64,000 nt of DNA, from the NCBI GenBank assembly GCA_038245295.1, contig JBBRSP010000004.1, positions 160,001-224,000 on the forward strand, read 5' to 3'. The stretch is from Candidatus Binatia bacterium. GTDB lineage: Bacteria > Desulfobacterota > Binatia > HRBIN30. The position numbers and the translations under genes are program-made. Position 1 is the stretch's first letter. Each line of letters begins with the position of its first letter. Below the pieces are notes generated by a model. That model was not told where the DNA came from and ran no database searches. It was given only the letters and a program-made list of their open reading frames with translations. Shown in pieces: positions 39,733 through 48,265 of the stretch.

Positions 39733-42700
39733 ATGGGACCGCTGGAACGTTTCGTCGCCGCCGCCTTAAATCAGCGGCTGTTGGTCCTGCTCGGGCTCGC
39801 CGCCCTCGTCCTCGGCGGCACTACGGCCTACGAATCGCTGCCGGTGGAAGCCTTTCCCGACCTGACCAACAACCAGGTCGTCGTTGTCACCGAAGCGCCT
39901 GGCCTCGCCGCGACGGAGGTCGAGCAGCGTGTTACCTATCCCGTCGAATCGGCAATCATGGGTGTTCCAGGCGCAGAACAGATCCGTTCGCTATCGAAAT
40001 TCGGTTTGTCGCTCGTCACCGTCGTGTTCGAAGATCGTGTGCCGATTTACTTCGCGCGCCAACAGATCTCGGAACGCCTCAATGAAGCACGCGGCCGCCT
40101 ACCGGCCGGTATCGAACCCGCGCTTGGCCCGGTCGCCACGGCCTTTGGAGAAGTCTACCAGTACCTCCTCGAAGGCAACGGCGTCGACGCCATGGAGAAG
40201 AAGACGCTGCAAGACTGGGAGATACGCCTGCGTCTACGTTCCGTGAAAGGAGTGGGCGAGGTGAACTCCTGGGGCGGCGAGACCAAGCAGTTCCACGTCA
40301 TCGTCGACCCACACAAGCTCGAGAAATATGGCCTCGCTCTTCAGCAACTCCTGCAAGCCGTCGCCGACAACAACGCCGCCTTCGGCGGTGGCTTCCTCGA
40401 ACATCGCTCGGAACGTTTCACTGTTCGCGGCCTCGGCCTGGCGCGCGGCGTCGACGACCTGCGCAAAATCGTCGTTACGGCCAAGGATGGCGTACCCATC
40501 CTCGTCGGTGATGTCGCCGAAGTACGGGGTGCGCCGATGCCGCGCAACGGCGCCGTAACACGTGACGGCAAGGGCGAGAGCGTCGCCGGGATGGTCATTT
40601 TGCTCAAGGGAGAGAATGCCAAGAGTGTGACCGGGCGGGTCAAGGAACGCGTCGCCGACATCGCCAAGACCCTCCCGCCCGGCGTATCGATCGAGCCGTT
40701 CTATGATCAAACGGAGGTCATCGACCGCACCACGCACACACTCGGCAGGAATCTGATCGAGGGGTCGGTTCTGGTCATCGCGGTGCTGCTCGTCTTCTTA
40801 CGCGACGTGCGCGCCGCGTTGCTGGTGGCGATGGTCATCCCGTTGTCGCTCCTGGTCGCATTCATCGGCATGTCGGCTTTCGGCGTCTCCGCCAACCTCA
40901 TGTCACTCGGCGCCATCGACTTCGGGCTTATCGTCGACGGTGCGGTCGTCATGATGGAGAACTTCATCCGACGGCGTAGCGATCCGAGTGACGAAACCAC
41001 CGTCCACGCCGGCGACAGTCAGGTGCGGCGCCGTGCCTTCTTCAGCTCTGCCGCCAGCGAAGTCGCACGGCCGGTAGTCTTCGGCGTGCTCATCATCGTC
41101 GCCGTCTACCTGCCGATCTTCACGCTGCAGGGCCTCGAAGGCAAAATGTTCCAGCCGATGGCCATCACCGTCTGCTCCGCCATTCTCGGGGCTTTGCTCC
41201 TGTCACTGACCGTGGTTCCGGTGCTGTCCTCCATGTGGTTGCCGATCGACGGCCACGCGCACCACGAGGAGGCATGGTTCCAGCGACTGCGAGCGGCCTA
41301 CCTGCGCCACCTCAGCGATGCGATGCGACACCGTCGGCGCACGTTGCTGATCGCTTTCGCGGTCGTGTCGGTCGCTCTCGGATCTCTGCCGTTCCTCGGC
41401 ACCGAGTTCATGCCGAAACTCGACGAAGGTTCGATCCTCATCGAGACCCGCAAGCTGCCGTCGGTGGCGCTCGATGATTCGGTTCAGATCTCCAGCCGCG
41501 TCGAGCGCTTGTTGCTGCAGTTCCCCGAGGTCCGCCGCATCGTCACCAAGCTCGGCCGTCCCGACATCGCCACCGAAGCAATGGGAATCTACCAGGGCGA
41601 CGTTTACGTGCTGCTGCATCCGCCCGAAGCGTGGATAACCGGCCGCACCAAGGAAGATCTCATCGCCGCGATGGCCGCCAAACTATCCGAGATGCCGGGC
41701 GTCAGCTTTAACTTCACCCAGCCGATGGCCATGCGACTCGACGAGGTTGTATCGGGCGTGAAGGCCGACGTGGCGGTGAAAGTCTTCGGTCCCGACGCCG
41801 CGGTCCTCGAGAGACTGGGCGGAGCGGTTCGCGATGTGCTGACCGACGTGCACGGCGCGGCGGACCTGCAGGTAGAGGTTCTCTCCGGCGCCGCCTTGCT
41901 GCAAATTGAGATCGATCGCGACAAGATCGCACGCTACGGCCTGAACGTCGCCGATGTCCGCAGCGTCGTCGAAACAGCGATCGGCGGAACGGTGGCGACC
42001 GAGGTGCTCGATGGCGTGCGGCGCTTCGGGGTACTCGTGCGTTATCCCGACGAGCTGCGCCATGACCCGGCCGCGGTGGAGAGCATTCTGCTCACGGCGC
42101 CGGGGGGAGAGCGTGTTCCGCTGGGACAGATCGCGCGGATCGCCACCGTCCACGGCCCGGAGGCCGTAAACCGCGAAGATGGTGAGCGCCGTCTGGTGGT
42201 CCAGGCCAACGTCCGTGGTCGTGACATCGGCAGCTTCGTGGCCGAAGCGCAGAAGAAGATCGACGCCAAGGTTTCCTTGCCCAGCGGCTACTACCTGCGC
42301 TGGGGCGGCCAGTTCGAAAACCAACAACGCGCCATGCGCCGTCTGACGCTCGTCGTGCCGCTGTCTCTGGCAATCATTTTTGTACTTCTGTTCGCAACCT
42401 TCCACCGCATACGGCAAGCCGCACTGGTCATCCTCAACGTCCCCTTCGCACTGGTCGGCGGCATCGCCGCACTGTGGTTGCGCGGTCTGAACCTCAATCT
42501 GTCGGCGTCGGTTGGTTTCATCGCCTTGTTCGGCGTCGCCGTGCTCAATGGTGTTGTCCTGGTGGCAGCCGTGAATGCCCTGCGCGACGAGGGCAAGGAG
42601 CTCGGCGATGCGATCGCCACCGGAGCAGCACGTCGGCTCAAGCCGGTACTCATGACCGCGCTCGTCGCCGCCCTCGGCTTCTTACCCATGGCATTGTCGC

Positions 42701-42843
42701 ATGGCGCCGGGGCCGAAGTGCAACGACCTCTGGCAACCGTCGTCATCGGCGGTGTGATCACCTCCACCCTGCTCACCCTGATTGTGCTGCCAACTCTGTA
42801 CGAATGGATCGAAGCGCGGGCTTTGGCCCGAGCCGAGGAGTAG
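39733..42843 (+). CDS. czcA: CusA/CzcA heavy-metal RND efflux transporter
   Basis: AFPDLT, SLGAIDFGLIVDGAVV, EFMPKLDEG, GAEVQRPLATVVIGG. Confidence 0.92.
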   Translation: MGPLERFVAAALNQRLLVLLGLAALVLGGTTAYESLPVEAFPDLTNNQVVVVTEAPGLAATEVEQRVTYPVESAIMGVPGAEQIRSLSKFGLSLVTVVFEDRVPIYFARQQISERLNEARGRLPAGIEPALGPVATAFGEVYQYLLEGNGVDAMEKKTLQDWEIRLRLRSVKGVGEVNSWGGETKQFHVIVDPHKLEKYGLALQQLLQAVADNNAAFGGGFLEHRSERFTVRGLGLARGVDDLRKIVVTAKDGVPILVGDVAEVRGAPMPRNGAVTRDGKGESVAGMVILLKGENAKSVTGRVKERVADIAKTLPPGVSIEPFYDQTEVIDRTTHTLGRNLIEGSVLVIAVLLVFLRDVRAALLVAMVIPLSLLVAFIGMSAFGVSANLMSLGAIDFGLIVDGAVVMMENFIRRRSDPSDETTVHAGDSQVRRRAFFSSAASEVARPVVFGVLIIVAVYLPIFTLQGLEGKMFQPMAITVCSAILGALLLSLTVVPVLSSMWLPIDGHAHHEEAWFQRLRAAYLRHLSDAMRHRRRTLLIAFAVVSVALGSLPFLGTEFMPKLDEGSILIETRKLPSVALDDSVQISSRVERLLLQFPEVRRIVTKLGRPDIATEAMGIYQGDVYVLLHPPEAWITGRTKEDLIAAMAAKLSEMPGVSFNFTQPMAMRLDEVVSGVKADVAVKVFGPDAAVLERLGGAVRDVLTDVHGAADLQVEVLSGAALLQIEIDRDKIARYGLNVADVRSVVETAIGGTVATEVLDGVRRFGVLVRYPDELRHDPAAVESILLTAPGGERVPLGQIARIATVHGPEAVNREDGERRLVVQANVRGRDIGSFVAEAQKKIDAKVSLPSGYYLRWGGQFENQQRAMRRLTLVVPLSLAIIFVLLFATFHRIRQAALVILNVPFALVGGIAALWLRGLNLNLSASVGFIALFGVAVLNGVVLVAAVNALRDEGKELGDAIATGAARRLKPVLMTALVAALGFLPMALSHGAGAEVQRPLATVVIGGVITSTLLTLIVLPTLYEWIEARALARAEE

Positions 42844-42935
42844 GATGATGGTCGCTGCCGGTTCTGCGCCGCGAGGTAGAGCTTGCGCCTCCCCTGCGAC
42901 TGGGCAGCACGATGCGCGAGAGGTAGGCTAGTTTG

Positions 42936-43625
42936 ATGCGCCTCCTGGTCGTCGAAGACGATCCGCAGATCAGTCGCTTCCTTCTGCAGGGCCTGCGCGA
43001 GGAACGCTACGTCGTCGATCTTGCGGAAGATGCCGACGCGGCAGAACGACTGGCGCGGACCGAGGCGTACGACGCGATCCTACTCGACGTCCTATTGCCG
43101 GGCCGCGACGGCTTCGAGGTCTGCCGACGTCTGCGGGTACGTGGCGTCGACGCGCCGATCCTGATGCTGACCGCTCTCGATGCGGTTGCCGATCGCGTGC
43201 GTGGCCTCGATGTCGGCGCCGACGATTACCTGGCGAAACCGTTCGCCTTCACGGAGCTACTGGCGCGCCTACGCGCCCTGACACGACGAGGGCGTACACC
43301 GCACCTCTCCGCAACGCTGCATTATGGACCGATCGAAGTCGACACAGCGGCTCACATCGTGCGGCTCGACGGCAAACCTCTCGATCTGACAGCGACGGAG
43401 TATCGCGTCATCCAGCTCCTGGTGCGGCGTGCCGAAACCATTGTCACGCGCGATCAACTTGCCGATAGCGCCTGGGGCAGCGGCTACGATCCATTGTCGA
43501 ATCTCACCGACGTCTACATCGCGCGCGTGCGCAAACGCATCGACCTCGATGAAACGCGGCCGCTCATCCATACGATCCGCGGCCTCGGATACATGCTCAA
43601 GGACAAGACGGGGCCGCAACCGTGA
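42936..43625 (+). CDS. OmpR-family response regulator (CusR/CzcR-like)
   Basis: LLVVEDD, LLDV.LP, GADDYLAKPF, TIRGLGY. Confidence 0.92.
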   Translation: MRLLVVEDDPQISRFLLQGLREERYVVDLAEDADAAERLARTEAYDAILLDVLLPGRDGFEVCRRLRVRGVDAPILMLTALDAVADRVRGLDVGADDYLAKPFAFTELLARLRALTRRGRTPHLSATLHYGPIEVDTAAHIVRLDGKPLDLTATEYRVIQLLVRRAETIVTRDQLADSAWGSGYDPLSNLTDVYIARVRKRIDLDETRPLIHTIRGLGYMLKDKTGPQP

Positions 43626-45070
43626 GCAGCTTATCGATTCGAACCCGTCTAACCCTGCGTTGGGCCCTATCGTTCGGTTTACTGCTCGCACTGACCAATG
43701 CCTTGATCTACGGCGGATCGCGTTACTACCTGCACCGCGATCTGGAGGCCTATCTGCGCACCCTCGCCGCAACCGAGCTTGGGTCGGTGATCGATGCCTA
43801 CCGCGGCCTGCATCTGCACGGCTTTCCCGACTCGACCCTGGTACAGCGCGAGTACGCCGACAAGTTCGTACAACTCCTCGCCGACAGCGGCCACGTCCTG
43901 GCGCAATCGGATTTGTTGCGCGATAGCCCGGCCCTCGTATCGCCGGATATGATCCGACAAGCGCTGACAGGAGAGGCGCCCCTCTTTCCCACTGTCGTGG
44001 CGGGGCGGCCCGGCCTGATGATCGCGCTGCGGACCGATAAGGAAGGCGAGACATATCTGGTCATCGTCGGGCTGTTCACCGATCGCCTCGACGCCAGCCT
44101 GGCGAAGCTCGGGCAGCTGCTGGTCGCCGTGTGGGTTGCGGCGATGGTCCTCACGGCAGGCCTCGGCTTCTGGCTTGCCGGGCGCGCCCTGGCGCCGATC
44201 GATCGCATTACCCGACGCGCCGCAGGCATCGCCCACGGCGACTTTGCGGCCCGCCTCGACCCGCCCCAACTCGACGACGAGATCGGGCGTATGACTCGTC
44301 TTCTCAACGAGATGCTCGATCGCTTGCACGGCGCCCTCGAGGCCAACCAGACGTTCGCGGCCGATGCGGCACACGAGCTGCGGTCACCGCTCACCGCCAT
44401 CCGCGGCGAGCTCGACGTCGCTCTGGCGCGCACGCGCAGCGAGTCGGAGTATCGTCACACGCTGCAACTCGTGCTCGAGCAGGTCGAGCAAGTCACGGCA
44501 CTGATCGACAGCCTGACGCTCTTGGTGCATGCCCACGAAGGAAGGAATTCCATCAAAGCCAGCGAGGTTCCGTTGCTACCGCTGCTACGCGATAGCGCTC
44601 GACGCGTCGCCAACATGGCTGACGCACGGCGCATCACGGTACGATTCGAGGAGTTTCCCGACATCGTCGCCTATGCCGATGCGCGTCTCCTGGCACGCGT
44701 TTTCGACAACCTGCTGCGCAACGCGGTGCAGTACAACCGCGACGACGGCGAAGTCGTGCTGCATGGCAGGCAAGTTGTGGCTGAGAGCGCCGCACCACCG
44801 CAGATCGTCGTCGCTATCCGAGACAGCGGCATCGGAATCCAGCCCGATGACCGCGAACGCGTCTTCGAACGCTTCTATCGTACGGACCGATCGCGTTCGC
44901 GGCGCACCGGCGGCACCGGCCTCGGGCTCGCCATCGCCCGCGAGGTGGTCATCCTCTTCGGCGGAACTATTCGTGTAGCGTCCTCATCGTCCGAGGGTAC
45001 AACGTTCGAGGTCACCCTGCCGGGCGATCTCCAGTCGTCGACGATCGTTACCGCGCCGTTAACTCAATGA
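43622..45070 (+). CDS. Sensor histidine kinase (CusS/CzcS-like)
   Basis: Two TM segments, HAMP, AAHELRSPL, NLLRNA, DSGIGI, GTGLGLAI. Confidence 0.92.
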   Translation: MSSLSIRTRLTLRWALSFGLLLALTNALIYGGSRYYLHRDLEAYLRTLAATELGSVIDAYRGLHLHGFPDSTLVQREYADKFVQLLADSGHVLAQSDLLRDSPALVSPDMIRQALTGEAPLFPTVVAGRPGLMIALRTDKEGETYLVIVGLFTDRLDASLAKLGQLLVAVWVAAMVLTAGLGFWLAGRALAPIDRITRRAAGIAHGDFAARLDPPQLDDEIGRMTRLLNEMLDRLHGALEANQTFAADAAHELRSPLTAIRGELDVALARTRSESEYRHTLQLVLEQVEQVTALIDSLTLLVHAHEGRNSIKASEVPLLPLLRDSARRVANMADARRITVRFEEFPDIVAYADARLLARVFDNLLRNAVQYNRDDGEVVLHGRQVVAESAAPPQIVVAIRDSGIGIQPDDRERVFERFYRTDRSRSRRTGGTGLGLAIAREVVILFGGTIRVASSSSEGTTFEVTLPGDLQSSTIVTAPLTQ

Positions 45071-45082
45071 CAGGCGCTTTTG

Positions 45083-45119
45083 GTAGGGCAGCGTCTACAA
45101 CAGGGCCGTTCGTCCCTAC
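45083..45119. repeat. Degenerate REP-like element
   Basis: GTAGGG...CCCTAC inverted ends between convergent genes. Confidence 0.35.
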
Positions 45120-45200
45120 AACCGTGTACCCGACCTGCGGGCACCTCCAAGTAGTAACCGGAGTTTGCACCGCAATGTTCTTTTGCAGTGGCCTCGTAGT

Positions 45201-45920
45201 TCAACTCGAGACGTCCGGCAGCCGCGGAGAGCCGGAAGCCGTTGCCAGCCACAGAGTGTGCCTGACACCCTTATGGCCCCGCGCTCGGACGACTCGCTCG
45301 TCGACACGGAAGCCTGCATCGCATAATCGCCGCCGGAAACCCGTATCGGGCGCCGCAGACCACACACCAAGGACGCCGCCGGCACGCAGAGCGCCCATCG
45401 ACACCCGCAGGCCTGCCGGCGAATACAGCCGATCATTCGCCGCACGCGTGAGTCCGTTCGGCCCATTGTCGACATCGAGCAGAATGGCATCCCAGGCGTT
45501 CAACTCACGCTCGATGAGGTCGGCAACATCGCCTTCGAACACACGCACGCGCGAGTCGTCGAGGGGTCGATCAGCGAGGTGGGCGAGTGCTCCGCGATTC
45601 CATTCAACAACAGCCGGCAGCAGCTCCGCTACGCACAGGCGCGCTTGTGCAGGCCAGGCGCGCAGCGCCGCCCGCAGGGTGAAGCCCATGCCGAGACCGC
45701 CGATCAGGACCCGCGTCTTCGAGCCATCGGCCACCCGTTCACTTGCCCATGCCGCAAGGATCTCCTCGGAACCGTGTGCGGCGCTGCTCATGAGGATACG
45801 AGCGCCGACGCGAATGACGAACTCTTCGCCGCGGCGAGCCAAAACGAGTAGATCACTTTGGCCTGGAACAAGTGTGCGCCCCAGCTCTTGCCAAGGAATC
45901 ATGGTCGTCGACATTCCCAT
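45201..45920 (-). CDS. Spermidine synthase-like SAM-dependent transferase
   Basis: LMSS..HGSE, VLIGGLGMGFTL, DAILLDVDNGP, GVWSA. Confidence 0.85.
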   Translation of the reverse strand: MGMSTTMIPWQELGRTLVPGQSDLLVLARRGEEFVIRVGARILMSSAAHGSEEILAAWASERVADGSKTRVLIGGLGMGFTLRAALRAWPAQARLCVAELLPAVVEWNRGALAHLADRPLDDSRVRVFEGDVADLIERELNAWDAILLDVDNGPNGLTRAANDRLYSPAGLRVSMGALRAGGVLGVWSAAPDTGFRRRLCDAGFRVDERVVRARGHKGVRHTLWLATASGSPRLPDVSS

Positions 45921-45951
45921 GGGGGTCGAGGGCGGCGCAAGCAGGGCAGGC

Positions 45952-45987
45952 TGTGGACCTTGTGGACTTGGTAGACTTGGTGGACTG
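45952..45987 (+). repeat. 9-bp tandem array, 4 units (core GTGGAC)
   Basis: TGTGGACCT TGTGGACTT GGTAGACTT GGTGGACTG. Confidence 0.85.
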
Positions 45988-46105
45988 ACTGCTTTGCCGG
46001 TATCACTCTGACAACAGGGGTGCCCAGAAACTGAACTAGCGCGACGACGACTTTCCGCGTCTCTTCGGCGCGAGGCATGCCACGCGAGTTGCCCAGCAGG
46101 AGTCC

Positions 46106-46738
46106 ATGCCCGATCCGCTCATTCCTACTCACGGAGGCTACCGCAACCTGGTGAGCTTCCAGGTGGCACAACTCGTCTACGACGTGACCGTGCGTTTCTG
46201 TGATCGCTACATCAGCAAGCGCAGCCGCACCCACGACCAAATAGTCCAGGCGGCACCGAGCGGTGTGCAGAACATTGCGGAAGGCAGTCAGGCCTCTGGT
46301 ACGTCAAAGAAGTTCGAGCTGACACTCACCAGCGTTGCGCGAGCGAGTCTCGAGGAACTGCGCCTCGACTATCAAGATTTCCTGCGGCATCGCAGGCTAC
46401 CGGAGTGGCGTCGCGACGATCCGCGACGCGCCGAGCTGATCCGGCGGCGCTGTGGCACGGCCGATGCCGTGGCGGAATGGGTGCGGGCGATGCACCAGCG
46501 TGGACCGGGTGGACCACGTGGACTCGGCTCCCCCTATCCAGAGATTGCGGCGAATGCCGCCTTGGTGCTGATCGCCGTCGCCTGCGGCCTCTTGGATCGT
46601 CAGATTGCGGCGCAAGCAGCAGCCTTTGAACAGAACGGCGGCTTCACCGAACGCCTCTACCGAGTCCGCACCCAGTCTCGAGTGTCCAACCAGTCCACCG
46701 CGTCCACAACGTCCACGCTTAGGAGCCGTCGATCCTAG
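46106..46738 (+). CDS. Four-helix-bundle protein with suffix domain (TIGR02436/TIGR04258-like)
   Basis: HGGYRNL.SF, RT.DQ..QAA.SG.QNIAEG, VARASLEEL..DY.DFLR, LLDRQI...F...GGFTERLY; AGGAG RBS. Confidence 0.88.
   Translation: MPDPLIPTHGGYRNLVSFQVAQLVYDVTVRFCDRYISKRSRTHDQIVQAAPSGVQNIAEGSQASGTSKKFELTLTSVARASLEELRLDYQDFLRHRRLPEWRRDDPRRAELIRRRCGTADAVAEWVRAMHQRGPGGPRGLGSPYPEIAANAALVLIAVACGLLDRQIAAQAAAFEQNGGFTERLYRVRTQSRVSNQSTASTTSTLRSRRS
46499..46525 (+). repeat. Internal 9-bp array, 3 units
   Basis: CGTGGACCG GGTGGACCA CGTGGACTC, encoding RGPGGPRGL. Confidence 0.8.
46684..46716 (-). repeat. Inverted 9-bp array, 4 units
   Basis: GTCCAA/GTCCAC at 46684, 46693, 46702 and 46711 (reverse complement of GTGGAC). 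Confidence 0.85.
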
Positions 46739-47850
46739 TGATGCTTCAACAACCGCATGCACAGCATCTTCGAAATGTTGAGCATCAGCGTCGCGGCGAT
46801 GGCCGGGTCCGTCTTGATCAACTGGCGCAGGGTTGCCTCGCTGAGGCTGAGCAAGCGCACACCGTCGGTGGCGGCGTACACATCTTGCGAACGTGGTCGC
46901 TCGAGGAGGAAGGCCATTTCACCGAAGACATCGCCCGGACCGAAAACGGCCAGCGGCGTGTCGCCATCGCGTACTTCGACGGTACCGTCGAGTACAACGA
47001 AGAGATTGCGCGCCACGCCGCCCTTTTTGAGGAGCCGGTCACCGGCACGGCACTCGATGATGTTGCTCTTGTCGAGGCAGCGCGCTGCCTCCTCCTCCGT
47101 GAAACCGTCGAGTGCGGTAGGGCGGGTTCCTTCGATCTCGCTGAGAGCGCCGTGCACCTCGCTCCAATACTCGGCCGAGCCGACCAGCCGGCGACTCATC
47201 ACAGCCGTGCCTTCGGCGGTGAGTCGCCCAACACAAGCTGGGATGCGTGCGGCGTCGCCAAAGTCTTGCACGTACTCCAACAGCGGCGACTTGATCCGGC
47301 GCAAGTAGGCGACGTCCTCCGGCACGAAGAGGATCGGAATCAGATAGCCGGCTTCCGCGCTATTGACGTTCTTCTTCGAGTACGTCCGCTGGCCGAGGCC
47401 GAGATAGAGATTCAGCAAATGCGGCTCGCAGTCGCCGAAGCACAGTTGAATGCGTTTCTCGTTGGCAAAGCGCAGCGATTCCCCGATCAGCCGCAAGAAC
47501 AGATCGGTGCCACGCAGGCGCGGCACCACCATCCCGCGTTCGCCGACGGAGATCGCCGAGGCGGGCAACTCTTTCAGGAACGGCGCGAGACCATACTGGT
47601 CGATCATGCGCTGCGGAAATGGGCCATCGCCGCCCCACGTCGCACGCGCCGTCGCCACCACCTCGCCATTTTCGGTGGCGTACATGATACGGCTCTGAGC
47701 ATCGACGGGTTCATAGAACAGGCGCTGCTCGTGGTCGGCAACGCTCTGATATTTCCCCATCTCTTCGACGTAGATGCTGTACCGGAAGCGGTAGACGGCG
47801 CGCTTCTCCTCTTCGGTCTCCGCGGTGGCGATGTGGAAGTTCGAGGGCAT
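46735..47850 (-). CDS. GNAT-fold N-acyltransferase (LuxI/FeeM-like) fused to a cNMP-binding domain
   Basis: N-terminal VYRFRYSIYVEEM, VVATAR, LYL.LG; C-terminal LFVVLDG.V.V, GDVFGEMAFL..PRS; GGAGG RBS. Confidence 0.78.
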   Translation of the reverse strand: MPSNFHIATAETEEEKRAVYRFRYSIYVEEMGKYQSVADHEQRLFYEPVDAQSRIMYATENGEVVATARATWGGDGPFPQRMIDQYGLAPFLKELPASAISVGERGMVVPRLRGTDLFLRLIGESLRFANEKRIQLCFGDCEPHLLNLYLGLGQRTYSKKNVNSAEAGYLIPILFVPEDVAYLRRIKSPLLEYVQDFGDAARIPACVGRLTAEGTAVMSRRLVGSAEYWSEVHGALSEIEGTRPTALDGFTEEEAARCLDKSNIIECRAGDRLLKKGGVARNLFVVLDGTVEVRDGDTPLAVFGPGDVFGEMAFLLERPRSQDVYAATDGVRLLSLSEATLRQLIKTDPAIAATLMLNISKMLCMRLLKHH

Positions 47851-47875
47851 GCTGTCCTCCCCTGATGCGATGCGA

Positions 47876-47962
47876 TCAGGCGCTACGAGCGGCGTACGAT
47901 CGCACGCAGCCGCTCAATGCCAAGAGCCCAGCGGCCATGGTGAACCCCAATAGCTTCTTCAT
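47876..47962 (-). CDS. Tiny predicted lipoprotein (28 aa) or truncated lipoprotein gene
   Basis: Manual translation MKKLLGFTMAAGLLALSGC-VRSYAARSA; lipobox LSGC; GAAGGG upstream. Confidence 0.45.
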   Translation of the reverse strand: MKKLLGFTMAAGLLALSGCVRSYAARSA

Positions 47963-48265
47963 CAGTCTTCCCTTCATGTCTCTTGCGGGCGCGATTGCTC
48001 GACTTGCGGGCGTTGCCACCCCAGGCGCGATGCGAACCTCCCACAGGTTCGCCGCCGCGCTGTTTACGGATAGTGTAGCCGATTACTGCATGTGCATGTT
48101 CCGGACAAGGTCTGGGCCCCGGCCTGCAAAGTAACGGGGATGCAGCCGACGTGGTACCGACGAAGGCCGAGCCCGCCGAGCCGAACCACGACACACCCCG
48201 CACACCTCGGAAGCGATAGGCCGAGTGCTGTGGAAGTGGTACACGGCTCCCATCTTTGAAACGAG

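Noticed and set aside
45067..46011. 314-aa plus-strand ORF
   Set aside because: Antisense to the spermidine synthase-like gene.
45952..46738. Diversity-generating retroelement or CRISPR array
   Set aside because: No reverse transcriptase, no template/variable repeat pair and no cas genes seen; the repeats are 9-bp tandem units without spacers.
46738..47865. 375-aa plus-strand ORF
   Set aside because: Antisense shadow of the GNAT-cNMP gene.
47980..48265. Possible ncRNA or riboswitch in a long intergenic region
   Set aside because: No recognisable conserved motif or convincing structure by eye; an Rfam/Infernal search would be needed.
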